Below, one piece after another: positions 8,489-20,795 of a stretch of DNA of 64,000 nucleotides. Source of the DNA: Candidatus Hydrogenedens terephthalaticus JGI OTU-1 (lineage in GTDB: Bacteria > Hydrogenedentota > Hydrogenedentia > Hydrogenedentales > Hydrogenedentaceae). Each line of letters opens with the position of its first letter. Position 1 is the first letter of the stretch. Below the pieces are notes generated by a model that saw only the letters and a program-made list of their open reading frames with translations, ran no database searches and was not told the DNA's origin. The DNA is taken from NCBI GenBank assembly GCA_000493945.1, contig AWNW01000005.1, positions 7,668-71,667 on the forward strand, given 5' to 3'. Made by a program: the position numbers and the translations under genes.

Positions 8489-9147
8489 CCTATCTTATTT
8501 AAGGGCCAAAAACGAAAAACTGCTTTACCTATAATCTGGTCCTCGGTAATAGGACCAAAATAACGACTATCTTTACTAATTCTTCGGTTATCACCTAACA
8601 CATAATATTCGCCGGGATGTAAATACACCATATCCTCTTCATCTGAATTTTTATTTTCGCTATTTAGATATGGTTCCTCTACAAGGTTATTATTTACATA
8701 TACCCTATTCTTTGAGTATTCTATTTTTTTCTGAAAGATTTCCTGCGAATTATTTTCAGAGGCACTCACAATTTTACTTGATGAGTCGGATGGAACCATT
8801 GCTATAACTCTTTTCACATACCTACGGTCATCTTCCCCTTTTCCTTCAAAAACGATAATATCTCCTTCGTGTACTTTCCACCGTTCGGGCAATAAAGGAA
8901 ACCGTCTCAAAACACAGGGTAGTTTAAACACTAAAATACGGTCGCCCTCATTTAAAGTTCCTCTCATTGACGGTCCCCAAACTTCATAACCCTCGACAAT
9001 GAATGAATGTATAAACCAAACACAAAAAACAAATAGCAGGAGTAATTTAATAAAAGCAACTATTTCACTTAAAACAGAATCTCCATTCTTTTCCGGTGTT
9101 TCTATTTGATTTGTTTCGTTTGTTATTTTTTCAGTTTCGCTATTCAT
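8479..9147 (-). CDS. lepB: Signal peptidase I
   Basis: N-terminal TM helix. Motifs are GPSMRGTL (Ser box), KRVIA (Lys box) and VLGDNRRISKDSRYFGPI. Confidence 0.9.
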   Translation of the reverse strand: MNSETEKITNETNQIETPEKNGDSVLSEIVAFIKLLLLFVFCVWFIHSFIVEGYEVWGPSMRGTLNEGDRILVFKLPCVLRRFPLLPERWKVHEGDIIVFEGKGEDDRRYVKRVIAMVPSDSSSKIVSASENNSQEIFQKKIEYSKNRVYVNNNLVEEPYLNSENKNSDEEDMVYLHPGEYYVLGDNRRISKDSRYFGPITEDQIIGKAVFRFWPLNKIGWL

Positions 9148-9787
9148 AGGATTGACATTTTTTAATACTTGCGTATGGCGACCCCATACGAAATCGTCTA
9201 TTTTTTAATGCTGATATAAAATCTATCTTATCGGGCTTTTCCATTTCAACCTCAATCCAGTACTTGCCTACATGAAAGGCACTATGGGCATCGCTTGCAC
9301 AAATTTGCATCCGATTTAGTTTGTTTGCCCATAAACTTGCTTTTTCTTGCTCTGCAACATTCATATTCACACTCATTACCTCCATAGCAGGAATAGGTAA
9401 TGCTTCTAAACGCTGGTCAAAATGGTGATAACTTCGTGTTGGATGTGCGGCGACACAAAATCCATTATGTTTATTTACCTCTGCAATTACTTCCTCCACA
9501 GAAACAAAATTTTTCCATTTTGAAATGTTTTTTTCAGGTAATCCAAAAACAAGTAGGTCACCTGCATCCGTAGTAATCTCTGCCCCCGAGAAAATAGTTA
9601 ATCCATTTACAAATACTTTCTTTCTCAATCCTTCAATTTCTTTTTCCGTCCATTGATAATGATGTTCTGTAATAACAATTCCATCCAAACCTATGGATAT
9701 AGCGCTCTCTATCATTTCCTCTGGTTCCATCAAACTACATGGGGAGTAAATATTGGTATGCAAATGTATATCAAATTTTAAACGCAT
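9140..9787 (-). CDS. PHP-domain metal-dependent phosphoesterase
   Basis: DIHLHTNIYSPCS, ITEHH, AAHPTR and SDAHS are the PHP His/Asp metal ligands. Confidence 0.75.
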   Translation of the reverse strand: MRLKFDIHLHTNIYSPCSLMEPEEMIESAISIGLDGIVITEHHYQWTEKEIEGLRKKVFVNGLTIFSGAEITTDAGDLLVFGLPEKNISKWKNFVSVEEVIAEVNKHNGFCVAAHPTRSYHHFDQRLEALPIPAMEVMSVNMNVAEQEKASLWANKLNRMQICASDAHSAFHVGKYWIEVEMEKPDKIDFISALKNRRFRMGSPYASIKKCQSYE

Positions 9788-9829
9788 AAAAATCCCTTTT
9801 GTATATTTAAAAAATAACTTTTTCTAATC

Positions 9830-10987
9830 TCAGGATATAAGACTGCTAATCCCGTCCAAAAGAACTTGTTCTTCTCTTTGCCAATTATACCTTATTTCTA
9901 CTGCTTTTCGCCCATTTTTTCCTAAACGAGTTGCTTCTTCGGGATTACGAAGGAGAAAAATAATGGCATCGGCAATGGCTTCTGGTTTTGTAACATCCAC
10001 ACACAAACCGCAATCACTTTCCCGAACAATTTTTGATACTTCCACTGAAAAATCTGGAACAATTACAGGTATTTCCTCTCGCATATAATCAAAAAGTTTA
10101 TGAGGCATTGCTAAAGTATGATTTAAGAAGCCCGGTTGGAATAGGATTAAACCTATTTTGGATACACGGATGTATTTGGGTACCTCTTCAAAAGGGACTA
10201 CACCTAATAGGTGTATATTCTCTTCCAGTTTTTTATCTCGTATTGCCTGCCGATACTCTTCTTCACTTCCATAGACATATTCTCCGAGAACGATACAACG
10301 AAAATCAGGAATTTCTTTAACAACCTTTTCTACAGCATCCAGTAATTGATAAGAACCCCGTATTGTCCCAAATACGCCTTGATGAATAACTGTAGGAGCA
10401 TTCGCATATTTTTCTGCTAATGATAGTGGAATATCGGAACAAATAGGTTGCAAATGGTTGGTATTAAGGATAGTAATTCGGGGAGTTTTTATTCCTTTCC
10501 ATAAAGGTTCGAAACTTTCGCGTGTTAGAATAATCATATCTGTATAACGGGCAAATAGTCTCATTACTTTAAGTGTGAGATATTCCACCGATTTATGCAA
10601 AAACTTTGGGAAAAACTGAGCCATTTTATTCGGGTTATGTTCATGCATATCAAATACTACTTTACCGCCCTTAAATAACTTAATCATAATAGCAGATACC
10701 CACGATTCGGGTTCAGGTGCAATATAAATGTCTGTAGGAATTTTTTTACCTAATTTGAAGAGGGTATAAACTGATTTTATTCTATTCCACCATCCTTTTT
10801 TGTATGGAAATACAATAAACTGAACTCCTATATCGCTCTCGGGAAGTTCTGTGCCTGAATAGGGACAGATAGAGCTGACTTCATATCCATTAGTTACAAA
10901 ACTGCGTGCTAATTTATGATACATTCTCTTATCATAAGGCTCATGTAAAACATTTAAAAGTGTTATTCTTGCTTTTGGCTTTGACAT
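9830..10987 (-). CDS. Glycosyltransferase, GT4 family (GT-B fold)
   Basis: 385 aa. The C-terminal half carries the GT1/GT4 pattern ...FDYMREEIPVIVPD...ESDCGLCVD (EX7E-like). Confidence 0.7.
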   Translation of the reverse strand: MSKPKARITLLNVLHEPYDKRMYHKLARSFVTNGYEVSSICPYSGTELPESDIGVQFIVFPYKKGWWNRIKSVYTLFKLGKKIPTDIYIAPEPESWVSAIMIKLFKGGKVVFDMHEHNPNKMAQFFPKFLHKSVEYLTLKVMRLFARYTDMIILTRESFEPLWKGIKTPRITILNTNHLQPICSDIPLSLAEKYANAPTVIHQGVFGTIRGSYQLLDAVEKVVKEIPDFRCIVLGEYVYGSEEEYRQAIRDKKLEENIHLLGVVPFEEVPKYIRVSKIGLILFQPGFLNHTLAMPHKLFDYMREEIPVIVPDFSVEVSKIVRESDCGLCVDVTKPEAIADAIIFLLRNPEEATRLGKNGRKAVEIRYNWQREEQVLLDGISSLIS

Positions 10988-11017
10988 TCTTGCAATGGTT
11001 CCTCAAAAAGATAATTT

Positions 11018-11743
11018 CTATTTGTTACTTGCTTTTTCCAATATAGCGAGAATTTCTTTTACAGCGGCATCTAAACCAATAAAGATGGCACGGGCTATGA
11101 TGTCATGTCCTATATTTACTTCTTTAAGTCCTGGAATTTTTGCCACAGGTTCTAAATTTCGCACAGTTAAACCATGCCCGGCATGGAGCGATAATCCTAA
11201 TTGAATTGCTACTTTACTGGCTTCATAAAGCCGATTTAATTCTTTATTAATTTGTTCTCCTTCTGCATTTGCGTATGCTCCTGTGTGTAATTCAACACTA
11301 TCAGCACCTATCTCCGCACTGGCATGAACCTGTTCTATATCCGGGTCAACAAACATACTTACTTTTATGCCTTTTTCATGCATTCCCTCTACGACTTTCT
11401 TTAAACTATCCTTTTGTCCTGCCACATCCAAACCGCCTTCTGTGGTAATTTCCTGACGATTTTCCGGGACAAGACACACAGTATAAGGGATAATTCGATG
11501 TGCAATTTTTATAATCTCTGGCACTCCCGCCATTTCTAAATTCATACGCACTAACAGCACTTCTTTTAATTTTTCAACATCTTTATCCTGAATATGTCGC
11601 CTATCCTGACGCAAGTGGACTGTAATTTGATGAGCACCTGCAATTTCACATATCTTGGCTGCGGTTATAACATCCGGGGCTTTACCTTTTCTCGCTTCCC
11701 TCAATGTGGCTACATGGTCTATATTTACGCCCAACTCAATCAT
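11018..11743 (-). CDS. pdxJ: Pyridoxine 5'-phosphate synthase
   Basis: MIELGVNIDHVATLREAR..., VHLRQDRRHI, NLEMA and HAGHGL are present. The start is set at the ATG at 11743, preceded by GGAGG. The track ORF start at 11758 is a TTG that overlaps the SD. Confidence 0.92.
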   Translation of the reverse strand: MIELGVNIDHVATLREARKGKAPDVITAAKICEIAGAHQITVHLRQDRRHIQDKDVEKLKEVLLVRMNLEMAGVPEIIKIAHRIIPYTVCLVPENRQEITTEGGLDVAGQKDSLKKVVEGMHEKGIKVSMFVDPDIEQVHASAEIGADSVELHTGAYANAEGEQINKELNRLYEASKVAIQLGLSLHAGHGLTVRNLEPVAKIPGLKEVNIGHDIIARAIFIGLDAAVKEILAILEKASNK

Positions 11744-11764
11744 ATTAAATACCTCCAAATTTAT

Positions 11765-13117
11765 TTAGGATTTTAGCAAAACAGTGATTTTTTCGATTAA
11801 TTTTTTACAATAAATTTCGGCTTTCCTCAATTCTTCATGTTGCACCATAACTCGAATAATCGGCTCTGTGCCTGAATAACGGACGACTACCTTTCCCTCG
11901 CCATTTAACTCTTTTTCTATTTCTTCTGAAACTTTATCCAATTGCTCTTTTGTTAACTTTTCCTTACCTTCACAGGGAACTTTGCCATGTTGCTCGGGTA
12001 AGGGCTGGTAAATTTTTCCTAATTCCGAAAGAGGCTGGTCTTTTCGTATCATTATTGCCAACACCTGTAAAGCAGAAATCATCGCATCACCTGTTACATT
12101 ATAATCTAACAGAACAATATGCCCGGAAGGTTCACCGCCCAAATTAGAGTTTTCTTTTTTTAATGTTTCAGAAACGGCTCTATCCCCTACCCCGGTTCGC
12201 ACAACATGCCCACCATAAGGTTTTACGGCTCGTTCTAATCCTGCGTTCGCCATAACTGTAGTTACGAGGGTTTTATTTCCCAACACTTCTCTTTGTAAAT
12301 AATCCACTCCTAAAATAGCAAGGATAGCGTTTCCATCCAACAATCTTCCATGAGCATCAGCCATCACTAACCTGTCTCCATCACCATCAAAGGCAATACC
12401 CACATCTGCCTTTTCACGAATAACCTGTGCTCGCATCTCTTCGGGGTATACCGAACCACAATTATCGTTAATATTTATTCCATTAGGCTTATCCCCAATA
12501 GGAATTACTTCTGCACCTAATTCGGATAAAGTGTCAGGTCCGACACGATACATCGCCCCATTGGCACAGTCAACAACTATCCGCAAGCCGTCCAATCGCA
12601 TACCTTTAGGGAAAGTTGCTTTTACAAATTCAATGTATCTACCTACCGCATCGTCAATCCGTTTTGCGGTTCCGATTTTTTCGCCTGTAGGTCGGAGTTG
12701 GTCTACTTCACCTGTTTGAATTAATCGTTCAATCTCATCTTCAATTTCATCGGGGATTTTGTAACCATCTGGACCGAATATTTTTATGCCATTGTCGTGA
12801 TACGGGTTATGAGAGGCACTTATCATAATCGCTCCATCACAACGCAAACTCCGCATGATATAGGAAACTCCCGGTGTTGGAAGAGGTCCTGTAAGTAAAA
12901 CCCGCACTCCTACCGAACACAACCCCGCCGTTAATGCATTTTCAAGCATATAACATGAACGGCGAGTATCTTTCCCAATAAGTATTGTATGCTGTCGGTT
13001 TTCTCGTTGAAAAATAGTACCTGCAGCCCGCCCGATTTTTAAAGCCATTTCGGTAGTCATCGGGTAGACATTGGCTATTCCACGAACACCATCGGTTCCG
13101 AATAATCGTTTTTTCAT
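11765..13117 (-). CDS. glmM: Phosphoglucosamine mutase
   Basis: LFGTDGVRG, the active-site loop SASHNPYHDNGIKIF, FDGDGDR and GGEPSGH are present. Confidence 0.95.
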   Translation of the reverse strand: MKKRLFGTDGVRGIANVYPMTTEMALKIGRAAGTIFQRENRQHTILIGKDTRRSCYMLENALTAGLCSVGVRVLLTGPLPTPGVSYIMRSLRCDGAIMISASHNPYHDNGIKIFGPDGYKIPDEIEDEIERLIQTGEVDQLRPTGEKIGTAKRIDDAVGRYIEFVKATFPKGMRLDGLRIVVDCANGAMYRVGPDTLSELGAEVIPIGDKPNGININDNCGSVYPEEMRAQVIREKADVGIAFDGDGDRLVMADAHGRLLDGNAILAILGVDYLQREVLGNKTLVTTVMANAGLERAVKPYGGHVVRTGVGDRAVSETLKKENSNLGGEPSGHIVLLDYNVTGDAMISALQVLAIMIRKDQPLSELGKIYQPLPEQHGKVPCEGKEKLTKEQLDKVSEEIEKELNGEGKVVVRYSGTEPIIRVMVQHEELRKAEIYCKKLIEKITVLLKS

Positions 13118-13123
13118 ATTCCT

Positions 13124-13954
13124 TCATCCTTTATCCATTCCATAAATTATAGCCTCACTCATACGCACAACTCGAACCATTTCTTTTACCTGATGAACTC
13201 TTACTGCATGAACACCCTGAAATACAGCCCATGCAACTGTAGCCGATGTCCCTTCGACTCGTTGGTCAACAGGCAAATCTAAAACTGCTCCTATTGTTGA
13301 TTTGTTAGAAGTCCCTATTAACACGGGCAATCCAAATTGGAAAAATTCTTTAATTCGGCGGAGTAAAGTTAAATTTTGCTCTACAGTTTTTCCGAACCCA
13401 AAACCGGGGTCAAGCCATATTTTACTTCTGTTTATTCCATGTTTTTCTGCAAAATTTAATCGTTCTTCAAAGAAAGCACATATATCTGATACAACATCGT
13501 TATAATGGGGTTGCAATTGCATTGTTTTCGGTGTTCCTTGCATGTGCATTAAAACATATTCACAACCTGCTTCTGCAACAACTTCTGCTAATTCGGGGTC
13601 AAATCGGAAAGCAGATATATCATTAATCATTGAGACGCCATATTTCAAGGCTTTACGAGCGGTATCTGAGCGATAAGTATCCACAGAACATGGAACAGTA
13701 ATATCTTGTAGTTTTTCTAATACAGGTAAAATTCTTCGTTGTTCTTCTTGCGCTTCCACAGGCTCGGAACCGGGACGAGAGGATTCTCCACCTATGTCTA
13801 TATAATCACATCCTTCTTTAATCATTTGAATAGCATGGTTATATGCATTTTCTAAGGAAAAATAATGTCCCCCATCGTAAAAGGAGTCTAAGGTAACATT
13901 TAAGATACCAATAACCTTTGTTCGTTTTGACATTTTAGTATTTTCCCATCCCAC
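13124..13954 (-). CDS. folP: Dihydropteroate synthase
   Basis: GILNVTLDSFYDGG, DIGGESSRPG, INDISA and DPGFGFGK are present. The start may instead be the ATG at 13933. Confidence 0.92.
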   Translation of the reverse strand: MGWENTKMSKRTKVIGILNVTLDSFYDGGHYFSLENAYNHAIQMIKEGCDYIDIGGESSRPGSEPVEAQEEQRRILPVLEKLQDITVPCSVDTYRSDTARKALKYGVSMINDISAFRFDPELAEVVAEAGCEYVLMHMQGTPKTMQLQPHYNDVVSDICAFFEERLNFAEKHGINRSKIWLDPGFGFGKTVEQNLTLLRRIKEFFQFGLPVLIGTSNKSTIGAVLDLPVDQRVEGTSATVAWAVFQGVHAVRVHQVKEMVRVVRMSEAIIYGMDKG

Positions 13955-13966
13955 TATTAATAAGAA

Positions 13967-15922
13967 CTAAGCAAGGTCAGGTAACGGGGGTTGAGAAGGT
14001 GTAGGTAATTCTGGCAATCCTTCGGTTTTGGGTTCCTGAGGCTTTGCCTCTTCCGTTATTTTTTTCTGTTTTTCCTTCTTCCATCGTTCCGGGAGAACAT
14101 GTTCACCCCCAACGGAGCAAATTATATCATCAATTTCATGGGATTCTAATGTTTCTTTTTCGTTCAATGCTTTTGCTAACGCATCTAATATATCTTTATG
14201 CTTTTCTAAAAGTTCACGGGTATCTTTATAAGCATCTTCAATAATTTTATGAACTTCTCGGTCAACAGATGCAGCCGTTTCTTCACTAAATTCTCGCATT
14301 CGGACAAAATCACGGCCTAAAAATACTTCGTCATTTTTACCAAAGGCAATCGGTCCTAATGAACTCATTCCCCATTCACAAACCATTGAATGGGCTAAAC
14401 GGGTTGCTTGTTGTAGGTCATTGGCACAACCACTTGTAAACTCATTAAAGACAATTTCTTCTGCGGCGCGTCCTCCCATAGTAACCCGTATCGTTGCTAA
14501 ACACCACCTTAGCGTAAGATTGTGTCTATCTTCCTCGGGTAAGAAACTGGTAACACCTAAGGAGGGACCCCGTGGAATAATAGTTGCTTTGTGTATAGGG
14601 TCGGCATCGGGCAACAAACGACCGATTAAGACATGCCCTGCTTCGTGATATGCCGTTTGTAATTTTTCTTTTGCACTTAACACCAAACTCCTTCGAGCAG
14701 GGCCCATTAAAACACGGTCTTTGGCATCTTCAAAATCAATCATACTCACTTTTTCTTTATTCCGTCTTGCTGCGAGTAATGCTGCTTCGTTTACCATATT
14801 TGCAAGGTCGGCTCCTGAAAAACCAGGGGTGCTTCTTGCTAATACTTCAAGGTCAACATCATCATCCATAGGTACTTTCTGATTTCGTATATGTACTTCT
14901 AATATTTGTTTTCTACCACGGACATCGGGATTTGCTACCACAATCTGACGGTCAAATCGTCCTGGACGAAGTAAAGCCCTATCCAGTACATCCGGGCGAT
15001 TTGTTGCAGCCATTAAAATAACACCCTCATTACTATTAAAGCCATCCATCTCTACCAACAATTGATTCAATGTCTGCTCTCTTTCATCATGTCCGCCACC
15101 TAATCCAGCACCTCTTTGTCTTCCTACTGCATCAATTTCATCAATAAAAATGATACAGGGTGCATTTTTATATCCCTGCTGGAACAAATCCCGCACACGA
15201 CTTGCCCCTACACCCACAAACATTTCTACGAAATCGGAGCCACTGATACTAAAAAATGGAACATTCGCTTCACCTGCCACAGCACGGGCTAATAAGGTTT
15301 TCCCGGAACCCGGAGGACCTACTAATAAAACGCCCCTTGGGATTCTGCCACCCAGTCGGGAAAACTTTTTGGGGTCTTTTAAGTATTCTACAATTTCTTT
15401 TAATTCCTCTTTTGCTTCATCTACACCGGCTACATCATTAAAAGTGACTACTTTATCGCTCTGATTAACCAAACGCGCACGACTTTTTCCGAATGATAGT
15501 GCTTTGTTACTGCCGCCCTGGACCTGTCTGAACATTAGAAACCAGAACAACCCCATAATAATGAGCAAGGGTAGAACATTAATTAAAATCCCTTGCCACA
15601 ACGGATTATCTGTTTCATATTTATATATAACCCCTTGTTGTTCTAACTGTTCTTTCCATTCTTCCTTAAAATTATCTGTATTAAACTGAATTTTTTTCTG
15701 CCCTTCTACCTCATTTTTCAATTCTGCATATACTTGTTTAAGGTTATTCCCCGACTCACGAATAGTTACCGTTTTAATATTCCCCTGTTGTAGTTGTTGC
15801 ACAAAATCGGGTTCAAGAAGTTCTTTGCGAGGTCCTCTCACTTTTGAGAAATTGGACAGCACAAGAACCATTATAATCAAAAAGACTACCCATAATGATA
15901 TTTGCTTTAAAAAACTATTCAT
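13967..15922 (-). CDS. ftsH: ATP-dependent zinc metalloprotease FtsH
   Basis: Two N-terminal TM helices. AAA+ Walker A is GPPGSGKT, Walker B is IIFIDEIDA, the SRH is present, and the zinc site is HEAGH. Confidence 0.97.
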   Translation of the reverse strand: MNSFLKQISLWVVFLIIMVLVLSNFSKVRGPRKELLEPDFVQQLQQGNIKTVTIRESGNNLKQVYAELKNEVEGQKKIQFNTDNFKEEWKEQLEQQGVIYKYETDNPLWQGILINVLPLLIIMGLFWFLMFRQVQGGSNKALSFGKSRARLVNQSDKVVTFNDVAGVDEAKEELKEIVEYLKDPKKFSRLGGRIPRGVLLVGPPGSGKTLLARAVAGEANVPFFSISGSDFVEMFVGVGASRVRDLFQQGYKNAPCIIFIDEIDAVGRQRGAGLGGGHDEREQTLNQLLVEMDGFNSNEGVILMAATNRPDVLDRALLRPGRFDRQIVVANPDVRGRKQILEVHIRNQKVPMDDDVDLEVLARSTPGFSGADLANMVNEAALLAARRNKEKVSMIDFEDAKDRVLMGPARRSLVLSAKEKLQTAYHEAGHVLIGRLLPDADPIHKATIIPRGPSLGVTSFLPEEDRHNLTLRWCLATIRVTMGGRAAEEIVFNEFTSGCANDLQQATRLAHSMVCEWGMSSLGPIAFGKNDEVFLGRDFVRMREFSEETAASVDREVHKIIEDAYKDTRELLEKHKDILDALAKALNEKETLESHEIDDIICSVGGEHVLPERWKKEKQKKITEEAKPQEPKTEGLPELPTPSQPPLPDLA

Positions 15923-16258
15923 TCAAACACAAAACCTTTGTAAATCTTTAATTATTCTAATATTAAACGAAAAATTTCAATAAATTAATGACGAAATATT
16001 GGACTTTATATCACAAAATAGCCATTATATATCTTACATATATGATAACAAATATATCCTGATAAAACAATTCTTTAAAATTTGTTATTTCCTGATATAA
16101 GTTGTTTTAACAATATAATCAATACCAAAATTAATTTTCTGTGCAAATTAAATTATAAATACAATTACAAAAAACTTTACAATTTTGTTATAATAAAACC
16201 TTAAATTTCATAGTCTCTATTCTCTTATATCGTAATTCTCAACAAAACAAAAAATTAG

Positions 16259-17299
<1,041 letters not shown>

Positions 17300-17386
17300 T
17301 TTTGTTCGACTTATTTTTATAATATATTTCATTAGAAGTGAGAAGAGGGTAAAAAGTTTTAATATATATTAAAATCTAATTAAAAG

Positions 17387-18316
17387 ATGAATACATTGGA
17401 TACATCAAAAGCATATCGGTCAACCATTATTTTTGTGGTAATATGCTTATTATGTATTATTTCTCTCCTGAGAGAAACACCTTCAACGCCTATCCGTAAT
17501 TTCCTTAAACAAGGAATTTATTTAACAACCCATCCTCTCATAAGCATAAAAGCACAAACAGGAAAATTTTTGGACTATGTTGTTGCTGTGTTCTTTGAAA
17601 CGGATTATTTGAAAAATGAAAATCAAACATTAAAAGAGGACATCCTTCGATTACGGTTAGCCCTTATTGAAAAAGGGGAAAGAAATTATCAATTGGAGAA
17701 AAAACTGAAAATGGCAACTCTTCCGGAGGAATGGAAGTCCTTAAAATTATTGCAAGCAAATGTTTTAGAGACTTATCAGGGAGCCTTGCGGATAGATCGC
17801 GGTTCACGAGATGGTGTTTCTGTATCCCAACCTGTAGTGGTCCCTGAAGGTGTTGTTGGTATTATAATAGAAACTTCTTTGTTCTCCTCTGTCGTTGCGA
17901 CATTACATCATCGTGAATGCCGAATTGGAGCCATGATACAACGCGAAAGATTACGCCCCTATGATGGTGTCATTTATCCCTCCGGGGATTTACGCAAAAT
18001 CTGCACCATGAATTATATTGATATATATGATAAAGTTCGTGTTGGAGATTATGTAGTAACCAGTTCTGAAAGCACCTTTCCACCGGGACTGCCTATTGGG
18101 ATTATTCAGGCAATTCATGAGTCGGGAACACTGTGGAAAAGTGCCGATATAACACCCATAGTAGACCCGTATAAATTGGATTGCGTTTTTATTATACTCG
18201 ACAAAATAGACCCATTGAATATTGCAGATTTTGATAATGCCCATATTAGTGAAGGGAAAATATATAATGAGAAAACAGAATCACAAACTCCAATACAGGA
18301 ATTATTAGCACCCTAA
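17387..18316 (+). CDS. mreC: Rod-shape-determining protein MreC
   Basis: N-terminal TM helix, a coiled coil (LKNENQTLKEDILRLR), and a beta-barrel domain with GLPIGIIQ. It sits between mreB and mreD. Confidence 0.85.
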   Translation: MNTLDTSKAYRSTIIFVVICLLCIISLLRETPSTPIRNFLKQGIYLTTHPLISIKAQTGKFLDYVVAVFFETDYLKNENQTLKEDILRLRLALIEKGERNYQLEKKLKMATLPEEWKSLKLLQANVLETYQGALRIDRGSRDGVSVSQPVVVPEGVVGIIIETSLFSSVVATLHHRECRIGAMIQRERLRPYDGVIYPSGDLRKICTMNYIDIYDKVRVGDYVVTSSESTFPPGLPIGIIQAIHESGTLWKSADITPIVDPYKLDCVFIILDKIDPLNIADFDNAHISEGKIYNEKTESQTPIQELLAP

Positions 18317-18331
18317 TAAGAGTCTTAATCC

Positions 18332-18847
18332 ATGAACATTAATCATATTATCTGGATAATAATTGTTCTAATCCTCTCTGTATTGCAAACCGGCTGGCCG
18401 GACATATTGAGGATTCAGGGGGTAACTCCTGACCTTGGATTGATTATGGTAATTTATTTTGCTTTATTCTATGGTGAAGAGCGGGCTATGTTTACAGGTT
18501 TATTTGCCGGGATATATCAGGATATTGCAAGTAATACGGCACTGGGACATCATATCCTCTGTCTTGTGATTACAGGTTTTATTTTTGGTAAATTATCCGG
18601 GCGGTTAATCAGTGAGCATCCTGCTATTAAATCGGCATTAGTCTTTGGTGGGGCTGTTTTACACGGCATTTTGTTTAATATTATTGTTTACCTTCAGGAC
18701 CCTTATACGAATCTTATTTATGTGATTTTTATAAACACAGTGCCATCTGCTTTTTATAGTGCATTAATGACTCCTTTTGTTTTTTGGTTATTACAACAAA
18801 TTTTCCGATTCACAGATTTTTTCTCTGCATATTCTCCGGGCAAATGA
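18332..18847 (+). CDS. mreD: Rod-shape-determining protein MreD
   Basis: 171-aa polytopic membrane protein in the mreBCD position. Confidence 0.75.
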   Translation: MNINHIIWIIIVLILSVLQTGWPDILRIQGVTPDLGLIMVIYFALFYGEERAMFTGLFAGIYQDIASNTALGHHILCLVITGFIFGKLSGRLISEHPAIKSALVFGGAVLHGILFNIIVYLQDPYTNLIYVIFINTVPSAFYSALMTPFVFWLLQQIFRFTDFFSAYSPGK

Positions 18848-18848
18848 T

Positions 18849-20795
18849 ATGAGTATGAACCATGTGACACAAAAGAATTTTTTTTATCGCTTCTCATTGG
18901 TTATATTCCTTGTAATTTTTAGTATGGCAATTCTCATATTCCGTTTGTGGACAATACAGGTGCGAGATGCGGAACTTTATCGAGAAAAGGCAGAAAATAA
19001 TCGTATCTGGCCCCAACGGATGAAAGCCGACCGTGGAAAAATACTTACAAAAGATGGAACTATTTTGGCAGATAATCGCCCTTCAGCAGATGTTATATTT
19101 GTTCCCGGAGATTGTCCGTCAAACCGATATAAAAATGTTGCGGAGACTTTAGAAAAACTTATTAATGTTCCTTCTTTCTGGATTTTAGAACAAGTTGAAA
19201 ATTTCAAAGCAGAACCTTTTACGCAAATAACACTCAAAAGAGATATATCTCGTTCTGATTGGATACGGATTGAGGAAAATAATTTTCAACTTCCTGGGGT
19301 ATATGTTACTGTTCAACCCCAAAGAAGATACCCATTAGGAAATACGGCGGGTCAGATTATCGGATATATTAATGAGACGAACCGTGATGAACTGGTTTTA
19401 TATGAAGGGAGGTATTTTCCTGGCGATTTCATTGGAAGGAGTGGAATTGAACGGTATTATGAAAATATTCTCAAAGGAACTGATGGATATATGACTGTTA
19501 CAAAATATGCATCGGGAAGACCTCAATTACGCACAGACCGCTATGGAAATCTGCTACTTGTCCGAAAAGATACACGAGGGCACTTACTAACTGAAGAGGC
19601 AGGGCTTCGTCAATTGCCAACGCCAGGGAAAAACCTTGTATTAACTCTGGATATTGAACTTCAAAAACTCTGCGAGAATTTGCTTGCAAGCCAACCGGGT
19701 TCTATAGTTGTTTTAGACGCAGACACAGGAGCCGTTTTGGCAATGGCAAGCAGTCCCAATTATGACCCGAATATATTTGTTACTAAAGGGAAAGATGCCG
19801 AAAGACTTGAACTTCTACTGAATAAACAACCCAATCGAATGACAAATCGTGCTATAAGCGAACAATATCCGCCCGGCTCGGTATTTAAGGTATTTCTTGC
19901 TGCAACCGCTCTTGAAAAAGGGGTTATTACTCCCAAAACAACCTTTTTCTGTCCGGGGGCTTTTAAAATTGGTGGAACGGGTAGAGAATGGAAATGCTGG
20001 AAGAAGTATGGACATGGATCGGTTACTGTTCGTGAAGCCCTTGCTTATTCCTGTGATGTATTTTTTTATAATGTGGGGCTTAAATTGGGAGTTGATGCTA
20101 TATCGGAGTATTGTCATAAAATAGGTCTGGGTGAAAAAACAGGTATTGATTTGCCGGGAGAGGTTCCGGGGCTCATTCCAGATCGTGTATGGAAAGCAAA
20201 AATAAATGCTCATAAACCTGTATGGGAACAAAAATGGTACCCGGGGGATACCGTAAATTTGAGTATCGGACAGGGAAGTTGTGCCACAACACCATTACAA
20301 AACGCTGTATTGATGGCAACTATTATTAATGGGGGACATCGAATTTATCCTCATCTAAATGCTGATTTTGTCCCACCTCAACCTGAAGAACAGATATTTT
20401 CAAAGAAGACATTAGAAACAGTTATAGATGGAATGAGACTTTGTGTTGAATCCATAGGGGAAGCAAGAGCAGGAACAGGCAAACTTGCCAAAGTTGATGG
20501 AATTACTGTTATCGGGAAAACGGGTTCTGCTCAAATTATGTCATTAGAACATCATAAGAAATACAAAAGTGAAGAAGAAATCCCATGGGAAATGAGAGAC
20601 CATGCATGGTTTGTAGCAGGGGTCACAGATAAAAAACCTAAAATAGCCCTTTGCATACTTGTAGAACACGGACATCACGGTTCTTCTGCGGCGGCGCCCT
20701 TAGCACAAAAAGTCATTCATTTTTTCTATAACCGTGAACCTAAACAAGATATTCAATTGATAGCCCAAGAATCAATAGGAAGGATTCAACATTGA
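18849..20795 (+). CDS. mrdA: Penicillin-binding protein 2 (elongasome transpeptidase)
   Basis: The SxxK (GSVFK), SxN (SIGQG) and KTG (GKTGSAQ) motifs are present. The start is set at ATG 18849, 1 nt after the mreD stop. The track ORF start at 18777 overlaps mreD. Confidence 0.92.
   Translation: MSMNHVTQKNFFYRFSLVIFLVIFSMAILIFRLWTIQVRDAELYREKAENNRIWPQRMKADRGKILTKDGTILADNRPSADVIFVPGDCPSNRYKNVAETLEKLINVPSFWILEQVENFKAEPFTQITLKRDISRSDWIRIEENNFQLPGVYVTVQPQRRYPLGNTAGQIIGYINETNRDELVLYEGRYFPGDFIGRSGIERYYENILKGTDGYMTVTKYASGRPQLRTDRYGNLLLVRKDTRGHLLTEEAGLRQLPTPGKNLVLTLDIELQKLCENLLASQPGSIVVLDADTGAVLAMASSPNYDPNIFVTKGKDAERLELLLNKQPNRMTNRAISEQYPPGSVFKVFLAATALEKGVITPKTTFFCPGAFKIGGTGREWKCWKKYGHGSVTVREALAYSCDVFFYNVGLKLGVDAISEYCHKIGLGEKTGIDLPGEVPGLIPDRVWKAKINAHKPVWEQKWYPGDTVNLSIGQGSCATTPLQNAVLMATIINGGHRIYPHLNADFVPPQPEEQIFSKKTLETVIDGMRLCVESIGEARAGTGKLAKVDGITVIGKTGSAQIMSLEHHKKYKSEEEIPWEMRDHAWFVAGVTDKKPKIALCILVEHGHHGSSAAAPLAQKVIHFFYNREPKQDIQLIAQESIGRIQH

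Noticed and set aside
18777-18848. Longer N-terminal extensions offered by the ORF track for mrdA (18777), the ABC ATPase (41086), the GRE activase (58211) and pdxJ (11758)
   Set aside because: The extensions overlap upstream genes or consist of AT-rich junk translation. Internal ATG starts have better SD sequences and stop/start coupling, and they match the conserved N-termini of the families.
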